41,161 nucleotides of DNA. Origin: a virus. Lineage: Duplodnaviria; Caudoviricetes. The stretch is taken from positions 1 through 41,161 of IMG/VR virus record IMGVR_UViG_3300032218_004113; one strand, given 5' to 3'. The notes under the pieces were generated by a model that saw only the letters and a list, made by a program, of their open reading frames with translations, ran no database searches and was not told the DNA's origin. This document shows positions 33,494 to 41,161 of the stretch, piece by piece. The position numbers and the translations under genes are program-made. Each line of letters opens with the position of its first letter. Within the stretch, counting starts at the first letter, position 1.

Positions 33494-35140
33494 ATGTCAG
33501 ACGTATATCTTGGCAATCCTCTTTTAAAAAAAGCAAATACTCCAATAGAATTCACTCAAGAGCAAATTGAGGAATTCATCAAATGTAAGGATGATCCTGT
33601 TTATTTTGCAAACAATTATGTAAAAATTGTTACTCTTGATCATGGATTGCAAACTTTTAAACCGTATCATTTTCAAGAAAAGTTAATTAATAATTTCCAT
33701 AAGCACAGATTTAATATCTGCAAAATGCCACGACAGACTGGTAAGTCTACCACTGTGGTATCTTTTCTGTTGCATTATGCAGTGTTCAATGACAACGTAA
33801 ATATTGGTATTCTCGCAAACAAAGCAGCAACTGCAAGAGAACTTTTAGATAGATTGCAGACTGCATATGAAAATCTACCAAAATGGATGCAGCAGGGAAT
33901 TATCTCTTGGAATAAAGGATCTCTTGAACTTGAAAATGGTTCTAAGATTTTAGCAGCATCTACATCAGCATCTGCTGTTCGTGGTATGTCATTTAATATC
34001 TTGTTCTTGGACGAATTTGCATTCGTTCCTAATCACATTGCAGATTCATTCTTTGCATCCGTTTATCCTACAATCACTTCGGGCAAACAAACAAAAGTGA
34101 TTATAGTTTCTACCCCACATGGTATGAATCATTTCTACCGAATGTGGCATGATGCTGAAAAGGGTAAAAATGAATATATCTTTACAGATGTTCATTGGAG
34201 TGAAGTTCCTGGTAGAGACGAGGAGTGGAAAAAACAAACAATTGCAAACACATCAGAGCAGCAATTCAAAGTTGAATTTGAATGCGAATTCTTAGGATCT
34301 GTTGATACTCTAATTGCACCATCTAAACTCAGAACCCTCGTCTACGACCATCCTAAGACCCGTAGCGCGGGTTTAGATGTATATGTTGATCCAGTTGATG
34401 AACATGATTATTTGATTACTGTAGACGTAGCCAGAGGCGTAGGAAATGATTACTCAGCATTTACCGTGGTGGATATAACACAATTCCCACATAGAGTAGT
34501 TGCAAAGTATAGAAATAATGAGATCAAACCAATGCTTTTTCCAAGCATTATTCATGATATAGCAAAAAGTTATAATAACGCTTATATCTTGTGTGAGGTG
34601 AATGATGTTGGAGACCAGGTTGCAAGTATTATTCAGTATGATTTGGAATATAACAATCTCCTAATGTGTTCTATGAGGGGCAGGGCAGGTCAAATTGTTG
34701 GACAAGGATTTTCTGGCAAAAAAACTCAATTGGGAGTTAAGATGTCCAAAACAGTAAAGAAAGTTGGATGCCTTAATCTCAAAACGATGATTGAGGAAGA
34801 TAAACTTTATCTCAATGATTATGAAATTATTAGTGAGCTCACAACGTTTATTCAAAAGCATAATTCTTTTGAGGCAGAAGAAGGTTGTAATGATGACCTA
34901 GCAATGTGTCTTGTGATTTATGCTTGGTTAGTGGCACAAGACTATTTTAAAGAACTTACTGATCAAGACGTAAGAAAAAGACTTTATGAAGAACAAAAGA
35001 ATCAAATAGAACAAGATATGGCACCATTTGGGTTCGTGTCTGATGGTTTAGGTTCAGAGAGTTTTGTTGATGCCGATGGTGATAGATGGTTTGTTGATGA
35101 ATATGGAGATATGTCTCATATGTGGGATTATATGACATAA
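33494..35140 (+). CDS. gp17: terminase large subunit gp17
   Basis: YLGNPLLKKAN, Walker A PRQTGKST, Walker B LFLDEFAF, IIVSTPHG, nuclease motifs TVDVARG and NDDLAM. Confidence 0.97.
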   Translation: MSDVYLGNPLLKKANTPIEFTQEQIEEFIKCKDDPVYFANNYVKIVTLDHGLQTFKPYHFQEKLINNFHKHRFNICKMPRQTGKSTTVVSFLLHYAVFNDNVNIGILANKAATARELLDRLQTAYENLPKWMQQGIISWNKGSLELENGSKILAASTSASAVRGMSFNILFLDEFAFVPNHIADSFFASVYPTITSGKQTKVIIVSTPHGMNHFYRMWHDAEKGKNEYIFTDVHWSEVPGRDEEWKKQTIANTSEQQFKVEFECEFLGSVDTLIAPSKLRTLVYDHPKTRSAGLDVYVDPVDEHDYLITVDVARGVGNDYSAFTVVDITQFPHRVVAKYRNNEIKPMLFPSIIHDIAKSYNNAYILCEVNDVGDQVASIIQYDLEYNNLLMCSMRGRAGQIVGQGFSGKKTQLGVKMSKTVKKVGCLNLKTMIEEDKLYLNDYEIISELTTFIQKHNSFEAEEGCNDDLAMCLVIYAWLVAQDYFKELTDQDVRKRLYEEQKNQIEQDMAPFGFVSDGLGSESFVDADGDRWFVDEYGDMSHMWDYMT

Positions 35141-35370
35141 TGGAACTTGATAAGCAAATAAAACTTGGACATTTATTACTTACCGATAGAAAATGCAGAA
35201 TTTGTAAAGAATTAAAAAGTTTAACAGATGATTTTTATAGAACCCGTAAGGACAGGGGACCAGTTGCATCTTCATATTCCTATGAATGTAAGGAGTGTAC
35301 GATCAAAAGAATAATAGAGTCAAGAAAAAATAAACAATTTTCTATTGATTGGCAATATCCAGATTGGTAA
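35140..35370 (+). CDS. small Cys4 zinc-finger protein (probable start ATG 35140)
   Basis: CRIC..K....FY....YECKEC; TAATG coupling to the gp17 stop. Confidence 0.75.
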   Translation: MELDKQIKLGHLLLTDRKCRICKELKSLTDDFYRTRKDRGPVASSYSYECKECTIKRIIESRKNKQFSIDWQYPDW

Positions 35371-35411
35371 TTTGTTCACCACATATTTCCCCCACGTAAA
35401 GTAAATTTTTG

Positions 35412-35418
35412 ATAAATA
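35412..35418 (+). promoter_or_regulatory. late promoter
   Basis: ATAAATA upstream of gp18; SD GGAG before ATG 35452. Confidence 0.8.
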
Positions 35419-35451
35419 TTTTCAGATAAACTGAGACTTACGGAGAAAAAC

Positions 35452-37653
35452 ATGGCGACTCCTCAATTATCTCCAGGCGTACTCGTCAGAGAGGTTGATT
35501 TAACAGTAGGAAGAGCTGATAATGTTTTAGATAACATTGGAGCAATTGCTGGCCCATTTCCAATTGGACCTGTTGACTATCCAATTGACATTGCAACCGA
35601 ACAAGATTTAAATAATACTTTCGGCAAACCAATTTCATCAGACTCTCAATATGAGTATTGGATGAGTGCATCATCTTATCTTTCATATGGCGGTGTTCTG
35701 AAAGTTGTTAGAACTGATGGATCAACACTGAATAATGCTAACGCAGGTGTTGGTATTGGTACTACAACAAATTCAAAAATTAAAAATTACGACGACTATA
35801 CAAGTAACTGGTCCGAAGCAACTAACTTCACGTATGCTGCAAAGAATCCAGGTACTTGGGCAAATGGATTAAAAGTTTGTTTTATTGATGATTTTGCAGA
35901 TCAAACGATTGGAATTACAACAACCAATTTAGGTACTTTAGGTGCTACAATTGGATTTGGAGTTACTGCAGCACTTTCTAACGTTGTTCTTCCCGGTGCT
36001 GGAACAACTTCTCTGTTTAATGGATATTTAAAAGGAATTATCACAGGTGTGACCACTGATTCCACAAACGGAACCAGTACGATTGATGTTCATGTTGTTT
36101 CAAGAGTTTCTTCTGGTGGAACAGAGACTTTGATTAACTATGCTCAATCAGCAAGTTATGCATCGTTCTCAACTTCCAATACAATTAAATTTATAAACAA
36201 TTCTGGTATTGCTACTGGTTCCACCCAAGGTTTAGCGGGAGTAACTCCAGCAACCGTTGTTGATTGGTACGATCAACAAACCTTAGGTCTTACAAATAGT
36301 ACAATTTATTGGAAGTCAATCGCACCAAGACCAACATCTAACCAATATTCATTGGATAGATCTGGCGAAGGTGACGGAATGCACATTGTTGTAGTTGATG
36401 ACCTTGGCACAATTACAGGAAATCAAGGAACTTTAATTGAAAAGCATGTAGGTCTTTCAAAAGCAGCTGATGCAATTTCTGCTGTCAATTCTCCTCAGAA
36501 GATCTGGTATAAGCAGTATCTTGCAGATTATTCTTCGCAAATCTGGGCGGGTTACAATCCATCAAATGCTGCAGATGCTTTCTGGGGCACTGCGCCAAGA
36601 GCAGTTGCATTCTCAACATCATTTACGCCATACACAACGGCACAAGGTCTCTGGGGACAAAATGCTCAGGGAGTAACCTTTAGCGCAATCGGAAACAAAA
36701 CCTACAATTTAAGTGGTGGCGTTAACTATTCCGCTGCTGGTGGATCTGCAGCAACTCTTGGAGATCTGCAAAACTCATATAATCTCTTCTCGAATAAAGA
36801 TAATATTCAAGTTGATTACTTGATTATGGGTCCTGGTCTTACCAACAAATCAGACTCTCAAGCAAAAGCACAATATCTCATCTCTCTTGCAGAAGGAAGA
36901 AAAGATTGTGTGGCAGTTATTGGACCCCACAAAGCAGATCTTGTTGGAGTTACAAATAACACAACACAAACAACTAACCTGATTCAATACTTCAGTTCAC
37001 TTTCATCATCATCATATGCAATATTTGATAGTGGATATAAGTACACTTATGATAGGTTTAACAACAAATTCGTATATGTTCCTTGCAATGCTGATGTTGC
37101 AGGTCTGATGTGCCGCACTAACATTGTTGCATATCCATGGTTCTCGCCTGCTGGACAACAAAGAGGAATTTTAAATAATGCTATTAAACTTGCATATAAT
37201 CCTTCAAAGGCACAAAGAGATCAACTTTATCCATTGAGAATTAATTCAATCGTTACTCAACCTGGCGTTGGAACTCTTCTCTTTGGAGACAAGACTGCTC
37301 TTGGATATGCTTCTGCATTTGACAGAATTAATGTTCGTCGCCTGTTCCTCACAATCGAACAAGCACTTCAAAAAGCAGCACAAGCTCAACTCTTTGAACT
37401 CAACGATGAACTGACAAGAGCAAACTTCAGAAACATTGTTGAACCATACCTCCGTGATATTCAGGCAAAGAGAGGTCTCTATGGATTCTTGGTTGTTTGT
37501 GACACTACAAACAACACTCCTGATGTCATTGATAACAACGAATTTAGAGCTGATATCTACCTGAAACCTGCCAAATCTATTAACTATGTAACACTTACCT
37601 TTGTTGCCACAAGAACAGGCGTAAGTTTTGAAGAAGTTGCTGGTACAGTTTGA
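35452..37653 (+). CDS. gp18: contractile tail sheath protein gp18
   Basis: LSPGVLVREVDLT, YPWFSPAG..RG, FGDKT, FDRINVRRLF, IYLKPAKSINYVTLTFVATRTGVSFEE. Confidence 0.97.
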   Translation: MATPQLSPGVLVREVDLTVGRADNVLDNIGAIAGPFPIGPVDYPIDIATEQDLNNTFGKPISSDSQYEYWMSASSYLSYGGVLKVVRTDGSTLNNANAGVGIGTTTNSKIKNYDDYTSNWSEATNFTYAAKNPGTWANGLKVCFIDDFADQTIGITTTNLGTLGATIGFGVTAALSNVVLPGAGTTSLFNGYLKGIITGVTTDSTNGTSTIDVHVVSRVSSGGTETLINYAQSASYASFSTSNTIKFINNSGIATGSTQGLAGVTPATVVDWYDQQTLGLTNSTIYWKSIAPRPTSNQYSLDRSGEGDGMHIVVVDDLGTITGNQGTLIEKHVGLSKAADAISAVNSPQKIWYKQYLADYSSQIWAGYNPSNAADAFWGTAPRAVAFSTSFTPYTTAQGLWGQNAQGVTFSAIGNKTYNLSGGVNYSAAGGSAATLGDLQNSYNLFSNKDNIQVDYLIMGPGLTNKSDSQAKAQYLISLAEGRKDCVAVIGPHKADLVGVTNNTTQTTNLIQYFSSLSSSSYAIFDSGYKYTYDRFNNKFVYVPCNADVAGLMCRTNIVAYPWFSPAGQQRGILNNAIKLAYNPSKAQRDQLYPLRINSIVTQPGVGTLLFGDKTALGYASAFDRINVRRLFLTIEQALQKAAQAQLFELNDELTRANFRNIVEPYLRDIQAKRGLYGFLVVCDTTNNTPDVIDNNEFRADIYLKPAKSINYVTLTFVATRTGVSFEEVAGTV

Positions 37654-37688
37654 TTCTAATTAAACCATCAAAAAGGAGGAACTAAAAA

Positions 37689-38255
37689 ATGGCACACACA
37701 ATTCAAAATTTCAAATCAGCACTTATTGGAGGCGGCGCTCGCCCCAATCTATTTGAAGTTAATATCCCATCTCCACCAACTGGAGTTACTTTAACTGCAA
37801 ATTTCCCAATTCTTTGTAAGGCAGCTGCATTACCTGCATCAAACGTTGCTTCAATTGACATTCCTTTCAGAGGAAGAATTTTCAAGGTTGCTGGCGACCG
37901 CACATTTGATACTTGGACAATCACTGTTATCAATGACCAAGACTTTACAATTAGAAGTGCATTTGAAACCTGGATGCAATCTATTGCTCAATATGGAGAT
38001 GGGAGCGGTTTAACTAATCCAGCAGATTATATGAGAGATGCATTCGTCAAACAATTCAAAAGAGGTAAAAGTAACACTGGAACAGGTGTTGCTGAGGGCA
38101 CTGGACTTGAGGTTGTAAAAACCTATCAGTTCTATGATATTTTCCCAACAAATATCTCTGCAATTGACCTTTCATATGATACTGCCGATACTATTGAAGA
38201 ATTTACAGTAGAATTCCAAGTTCAGTACTGGACACCTGCTGCAAATAAAGCATAA
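37689..38255 (+). CDS. gp19: tail tube protein gp19
   Basis: GGARPNLFEV, CKAAALP, FRGRIFKVAGDRTFDTWTITVIND, IEEFTVEFQVQYW; SD AGGAGG. Confidence 0.97.
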   Translation: MAHTIQNFKSALIGGGARPNLFEVNIPSPPTGVTLTANFPILCKAAALPASNVASIDIPFRGRIFKVAGDRTFDTWTITVINDQDFTIRSAFETWMQSIAQYGDGSGLTNPADYMRDAFVKQFKRGKSNTGTGVAEGTGLEVVKTYQFYDIFPTNISAIDLSYDTADTIEEFTVEFQVQYWTPAANKA

Positions 38256-38261
38256 TAAATA
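38255..38261 (+). promoter_or_regulatory. late promoter
   Basis: ATAAATA just after the gp19 stop, upstream of gp20. Confidence 0.75.
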
Positions 38262-38291
38262 GTCTAAAGATAAAGACTAAAAAAATAAATT

Positions 38292-40013
38292 ATGACAAAA
38301 TTATTTGGATTCTCTATTGAGGATACTGAGCCACTATCACCCACTACTTTATCTCCTGTTCCTCCAAATAAAGAGGATGCATCAGATTTTTACTTAAGTA
38401 GTGGGTTTTTTGGTTCATATGTAGATATTGAAGGTGTTTATAGAACCGAATTTGATTTAATCAAAAGATATCGTGAAATGGCTTTGCATCCAGAGTGTGA
38501 TAGCGCAATTGAAGATATTGTTAATGAAGCGATTGTATCAGATAGTAATGACAGTCCTGTACAGATTGAACTTTCAAATTTAAACGCAAGTGATGGTATT
38601 AAGAAAAAAATTAGACAAGAGTTTAAACATATTTTAGAACTTTTAGATTTTGATAAAAAATCTCACGAAATTTATAGAAATTGGTATATTGACGGAAGAC
38701 TTTATTATCATAAAGTAATTGATTTCAAAAAACCCGAAGAAGGTATACAAGAACTAAGATATATTGACGCAATGAAAATGCGTTATGTGAGACAGGCTCA
38801 AAAAACGGATGCAAACAAATATAAACTTCCAAGTAGCAGGAATGTTGATAATCCAATGGATTATGATTTTCCTCAACTTGAAGAATATTATGTGTACAAT
38901 CCAAAAATGACTTATCCAACAGGAACTCCAGCACCCGGAACTCTTGGTGGCGCAAACGATGGAATCAGAATGTCAAAAGATTCTATCACCTATTGCACTT
39001 CAGGTCTTGTGGATAGAAATAAGGGATCAACTCTTTCATATCTTCATAAAGCAATTAAGTCACTCAATCAATTGAGAATGATTGAGGATAGTCTTGTTAT
39101 CTACAGATTATCTCGTGCTCCAGAACGTCGTATTTTCTATATTGATGTTGGCAATCTTCCTAAAGTAAAAGCAGAGCAATATCTCAGAGATGTGATGATG
39201 AGATATCGTAATAAACTTGTATATGATGCAAACACTGGAGAAATTCGTGATGATAAGAAATTTATGGCAATGCTTGAAGATTTCTGGTTGCCTCGTAGAG
39301 AAGGTGGACGTGGTACAGAAATTTCTACTCTTCCAGGTGGACAAAATCTTGGAGAAATTACCGATATTGAATATTTCAAAAAGAAACTCTATCGTTCATT
39401 GAATGTTCCCCCTTCAAGAATGGATGGAGAAGGTGGATTCAATCTTGGGCGTTCATCAGAAATTCTTCGTGATGAAGTTAAATTCAGTAAGTTTGTTGCT
39501 CGCTTAAGAAAAAGATTTTCTGCAATGTTTAGTGATATGCTAAGAACTCAACTGCTTCTTAAGAATATCATTACACCAGAAGATTGGGCAGTAATGGATG
39601 AACATATTCAATATGATTTTCTTTATGATAATCATTTTGCTGAACTTAAAGATGCAGAACTTTTGAATGAAAGATTGAATATGGTTCAAGTTGCAGAACC
39701 TTACGTTGGCAAATATTTTTCTCAAGATTATGTAAGACGTAAGATTCTTCGTCAAACTGATCAAGAAATCATAGATCAAGATATTCTTATCAAAAAGGAA
39801 ATTGAAGATGGTATTATTCCAGATCCAAGCATTCCAGTCGATCCTGCTACAGGAATGCCAATAGATCCAAATGCACCAATGGGAGATTTAGGAGCACCTG
39901 TAATGGAACCAAATACTGACGGAGTAAAAGGTGGTGGATCTACCGAAGCAGATGGAAAAGCAGTTGAAATGGACACATCTATCACAAAAATGCCCAAAGG
40001 GGGGCAAATATAA
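38292..40013 (+). CDS. gp20: portal vertex protein gp20
   Basis: YIDGRLYYHK, NQLRMIEDSLVIYRLSRAPERRIFYIDVGNLPK.KAEQY, EDFWLPRREGGRGTEI. Confidence 0.98.
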   Translation: MTKLFGFSIEDTEPLSPTTLSPVPPNKEDASDFYLSSGFFGSYVDIEGVYRTEFDLIKRYREMALHPECDSAIEDIVNEAIVSDSNDSPVQIELSNLNASDGIKKKIRQEFKHILELLDFDKKSHEIYRNWYIDGRLYYHKVIDFKKPEEGIQELRYIDAMKMRYVRQAQKTDANKYKLPSSRNVDNPMDYDFPQLEEYYVYNPKMTYPTGTPAPGTLGGANDGIRMSKDSITYCTSGLVDRNKGSTLSYLHKAIKSLNQLRMIEDSLVIYRLSRAPERRIFYIDVGNLPKVKAEQYLRDVMMRYRNKLVYDANTGEIRDDKKFMAMLEDFWLPRREGGRGTEISTLPGGQNLGEITDIEYFKKKLYRSLNVPPSRMDGEGGFNLGRSSEILRDEVKFSKFVARLRKRFSAMFSDMLRTQLLLKNIITPEDWAVMDEHIQYDFLYDNHFAELKDAELLNERLNMVQVAEPYVGKYFSQDYVRRKILRQTDQEIIDQDILIKKEIEDGIIPDPSIPVDPATGMPIDPNAPMGDLGAPVMEPNTDGVKGGGSTEADGKAVEMDTSITKMPKGGQI

Positions 40014-40016
40014 ATA
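40009..40016 (+). promoter_or_regulatory. late promoter, exact T4 consensus
   Basis: TATAAATA overlapping the gp20 stop. Confidence 0.8.
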
Positions 40017-40045
40017 CTAACGATTACTAATTGAAAGTATAAAAA

Positions 40046-40201
40046 ATGGATGAATTAATGGATATGATTGCTACTGATGAATCACCATCACAGATTAGCG
40101 ATAAAATTAAGGACTTGCTTTTTGCAAAATCAGCAGAAAAAATTGATGCTTTCCGTCCTGTGGTAGCACAATCAATGTTTGGGGAAACGGAAGAAGAGTG
40201 A
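40046..40201 (+). CDS. small acidic protein, 51 aa, at the position of prohead core protein gp67
   Basis: Hand-translated MDELMDMIATDESPSQISDKIKDLLFAKSAEKIDAFRPVVAQSMFGETEEE; directly after portal; functional call rests on synteny only. Confidence 0.75.
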   Translation: MDELMDMIATDESPSQISDKIKDLLFAKSAEKIDAFRPVVAQSMFGETEEE

Positions 40202-40207
40202 TAGATA

Positions 40208-41161
40208 ATGTCTGAAAACCTATCAGATTTCTTTAACCTTATAGCAGAAGCAAATAAGGAAAAGAAAAAATTAAAAGAAGAAGAAGATAAGTTTATTAAT
40301 GAACTTATTGGAGCGAATGATATTGTCGAAAATATACTTCATGAACTTACTGGTAAGGAATATGGAGAGAATCAAGAATTAGTTGATGATATTATTGAGG
40401 AAGTAGAGGAGGGAATAAAAGATATTAATGATGTTGTTAAAAATATCATTAATTCAGAACCACAGGAAGATACTCAAAAATATATCAAAGAAGGATTATT
40501 AAATATTCCCTCTAATGAAAAAACTCCCGATCCCCTTACTCCACTAGATAAGAACTTTGTAACTTTAGACCAGCTTCAACAGCACTATAAGTTATTCATC
40601 AATCGTATTCAACAACAACTCTCCACAATCGGTGGTGGTGGTGAAACTCGTTTTAGATATTTGGATGATGTTGCAGGTATCAAAACAAATTCAAATTATT
40701 ATAATGGAGGTGTATTGGTTTGGAATTCATCTACAAATACTGCAGAATTTACAACTAATATTGGTATTGGAACTACTGGACTTTTAAGTAATGAAACTCT
40801 GGATACAGTCACCGACCGTGGAAATACAACCACGAATGGGATTGGAGTTTCGTTTGTAAATATTCCAGTTGGTTCTGTAATTTCTGGAGTATCTTCAATT
40901 GTTGCGAATATTACAAGAGCAAATTTAAGTTCAGTTCTTGAATATGGTCCATATGCTAATCTTGGTATTGGTAGTTATGGATTAACATATGGTATTACTG
41001 GTGTTCCATATGCAGTATATCAACTCCAAGCAGTTCCCTCACCCACACTTCAAATCGGTGATATTATTGCTGGTGCAGGTATTTCAGTTGGAAGTGCAAT
41101 TATTGGTATTGGTACTGGTTCATATAATAATGTTATTATTACTGATAAGACTTTCCCCGTA
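40208..41161 (+). CDS. partial ORF (at least 318 aa, runs off the window): acidic helical N-terminus followed by a fibre-like Gly/Thr-rich region
   Basis: Hand-translated with no stop: MSENLSDFFNLIAEANKEKKKLKEEED..YIKEGLLNIP..QQQLSTIGGGGETRFRYLDDV..ETLDTVTDRGNTTTNGIGV.. Confidence 0.8.
   Translation, partial: MSENLSDFFNLIAEANKEKKKLKEEEDKFINELIGANDIVENILHELTGKEYGENQELVDDIIEEVEEGIKDINDVVKNIINSEPQEDTQKYIKEGLLNIPSNEKTPDPLTPLDKNFVTLDQLQQHYKLFINRIQQQLSTIGGGGETRFRYLDDVAGIKTNSNYYNGGVLVWNSSTNTAEFTTNIGIGTTGLLSNETLDTVTDRGNTTTNGIGVSFVNIPVGSVISGVSSIVANITRANLSSVLEYGPYANLGIGSYGLTYGITGVPYAVYQLQAVPSPTLQIGDIIAGAGISVGSAIIGIGTGSYNNVIITDKTFPV

Noticed and set aside
3700-40000. Many 60-140 aa minus-strand and alternative-frame ORFs inside structural genes (for example 23309..23731, 32399..32809)
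   Set aside because: They are shadows of biased codon usage in well-supported + strand genes, with no SD, promoter or recognisable motifs
39825-40010. Pro/Gly/Asp-rich tail of portal gp20
   Set aside because: A low-complexity variable C-terminus is common in T4-like portals and no distinct function is supportable
33494-40013. Introns or inteins in gp17, gp18 or gp20
   Set aside because: Reading frames are continuous, lengths are ordinary for these families, and no splicing motifs were seen
1-41161. tRNA, rRNA, CRISPR array, IS element, DGR template/variable repeat, clear intrinsic terminators
   Set aside because: None recognisable by eye: no cloverleaf, no repeat-spacer periodicity, no transposase or reverse transcriptase, no hairpin plus U-tract at gene ends. 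A long imperfect repeat could have been missed without a dot-plot

Overview
The window is a segment of a T4-like myovirus genome. Gene order, protein sizes and NATAAATA late promoters point to a cyanophage-type (Kyanoviridae-like) phage; the host cannot be read from the sequence. All credible genes are on the + strand. Bases 1-3630 are an accessory/early region with several small ORFs (six fall below the ORF-track cut-off and were translated by hand), near-consensus sigma70 promoters (one on the - strand), a GT-A glycosyltransferase-like gene, an ATP-grasp-like gene and several structured non-coding elements. Bases 3660-41161 are the virion morphogenesis cluster: gp25, gp6, a 4008-aa gp7-like protein, gp8, a 2492-aa VrlC-like protein, gp13, gp14, gp15, gp16, gp17, gp18, gp19, gp20, a gp67-like ORF and a fibre-like ORF cut off by the window end. 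The best leads are: (i) a 738-aa gene between the two terminase subunits that reads like a polyprotein of about 12 small basic or Cys-containing modules separated by prohead-protease-type (hydrophobic-X-E) sites; (ii) a clean H-type pseudoknot at 605-645 ahead of a gene with no SD; (iii) a pseudoknot/anti-SD switch at 3327-3372; (iv) a promoter-driven, G-rich structured RNA at about 909-1010; (v) an ATP-grasp-like enzyme and a glycosyltransferase next to structural proteins rich in G-[IVL]-[GAS]-T motifs. All family assignments come from motif recognition and synteny; no database search was run.
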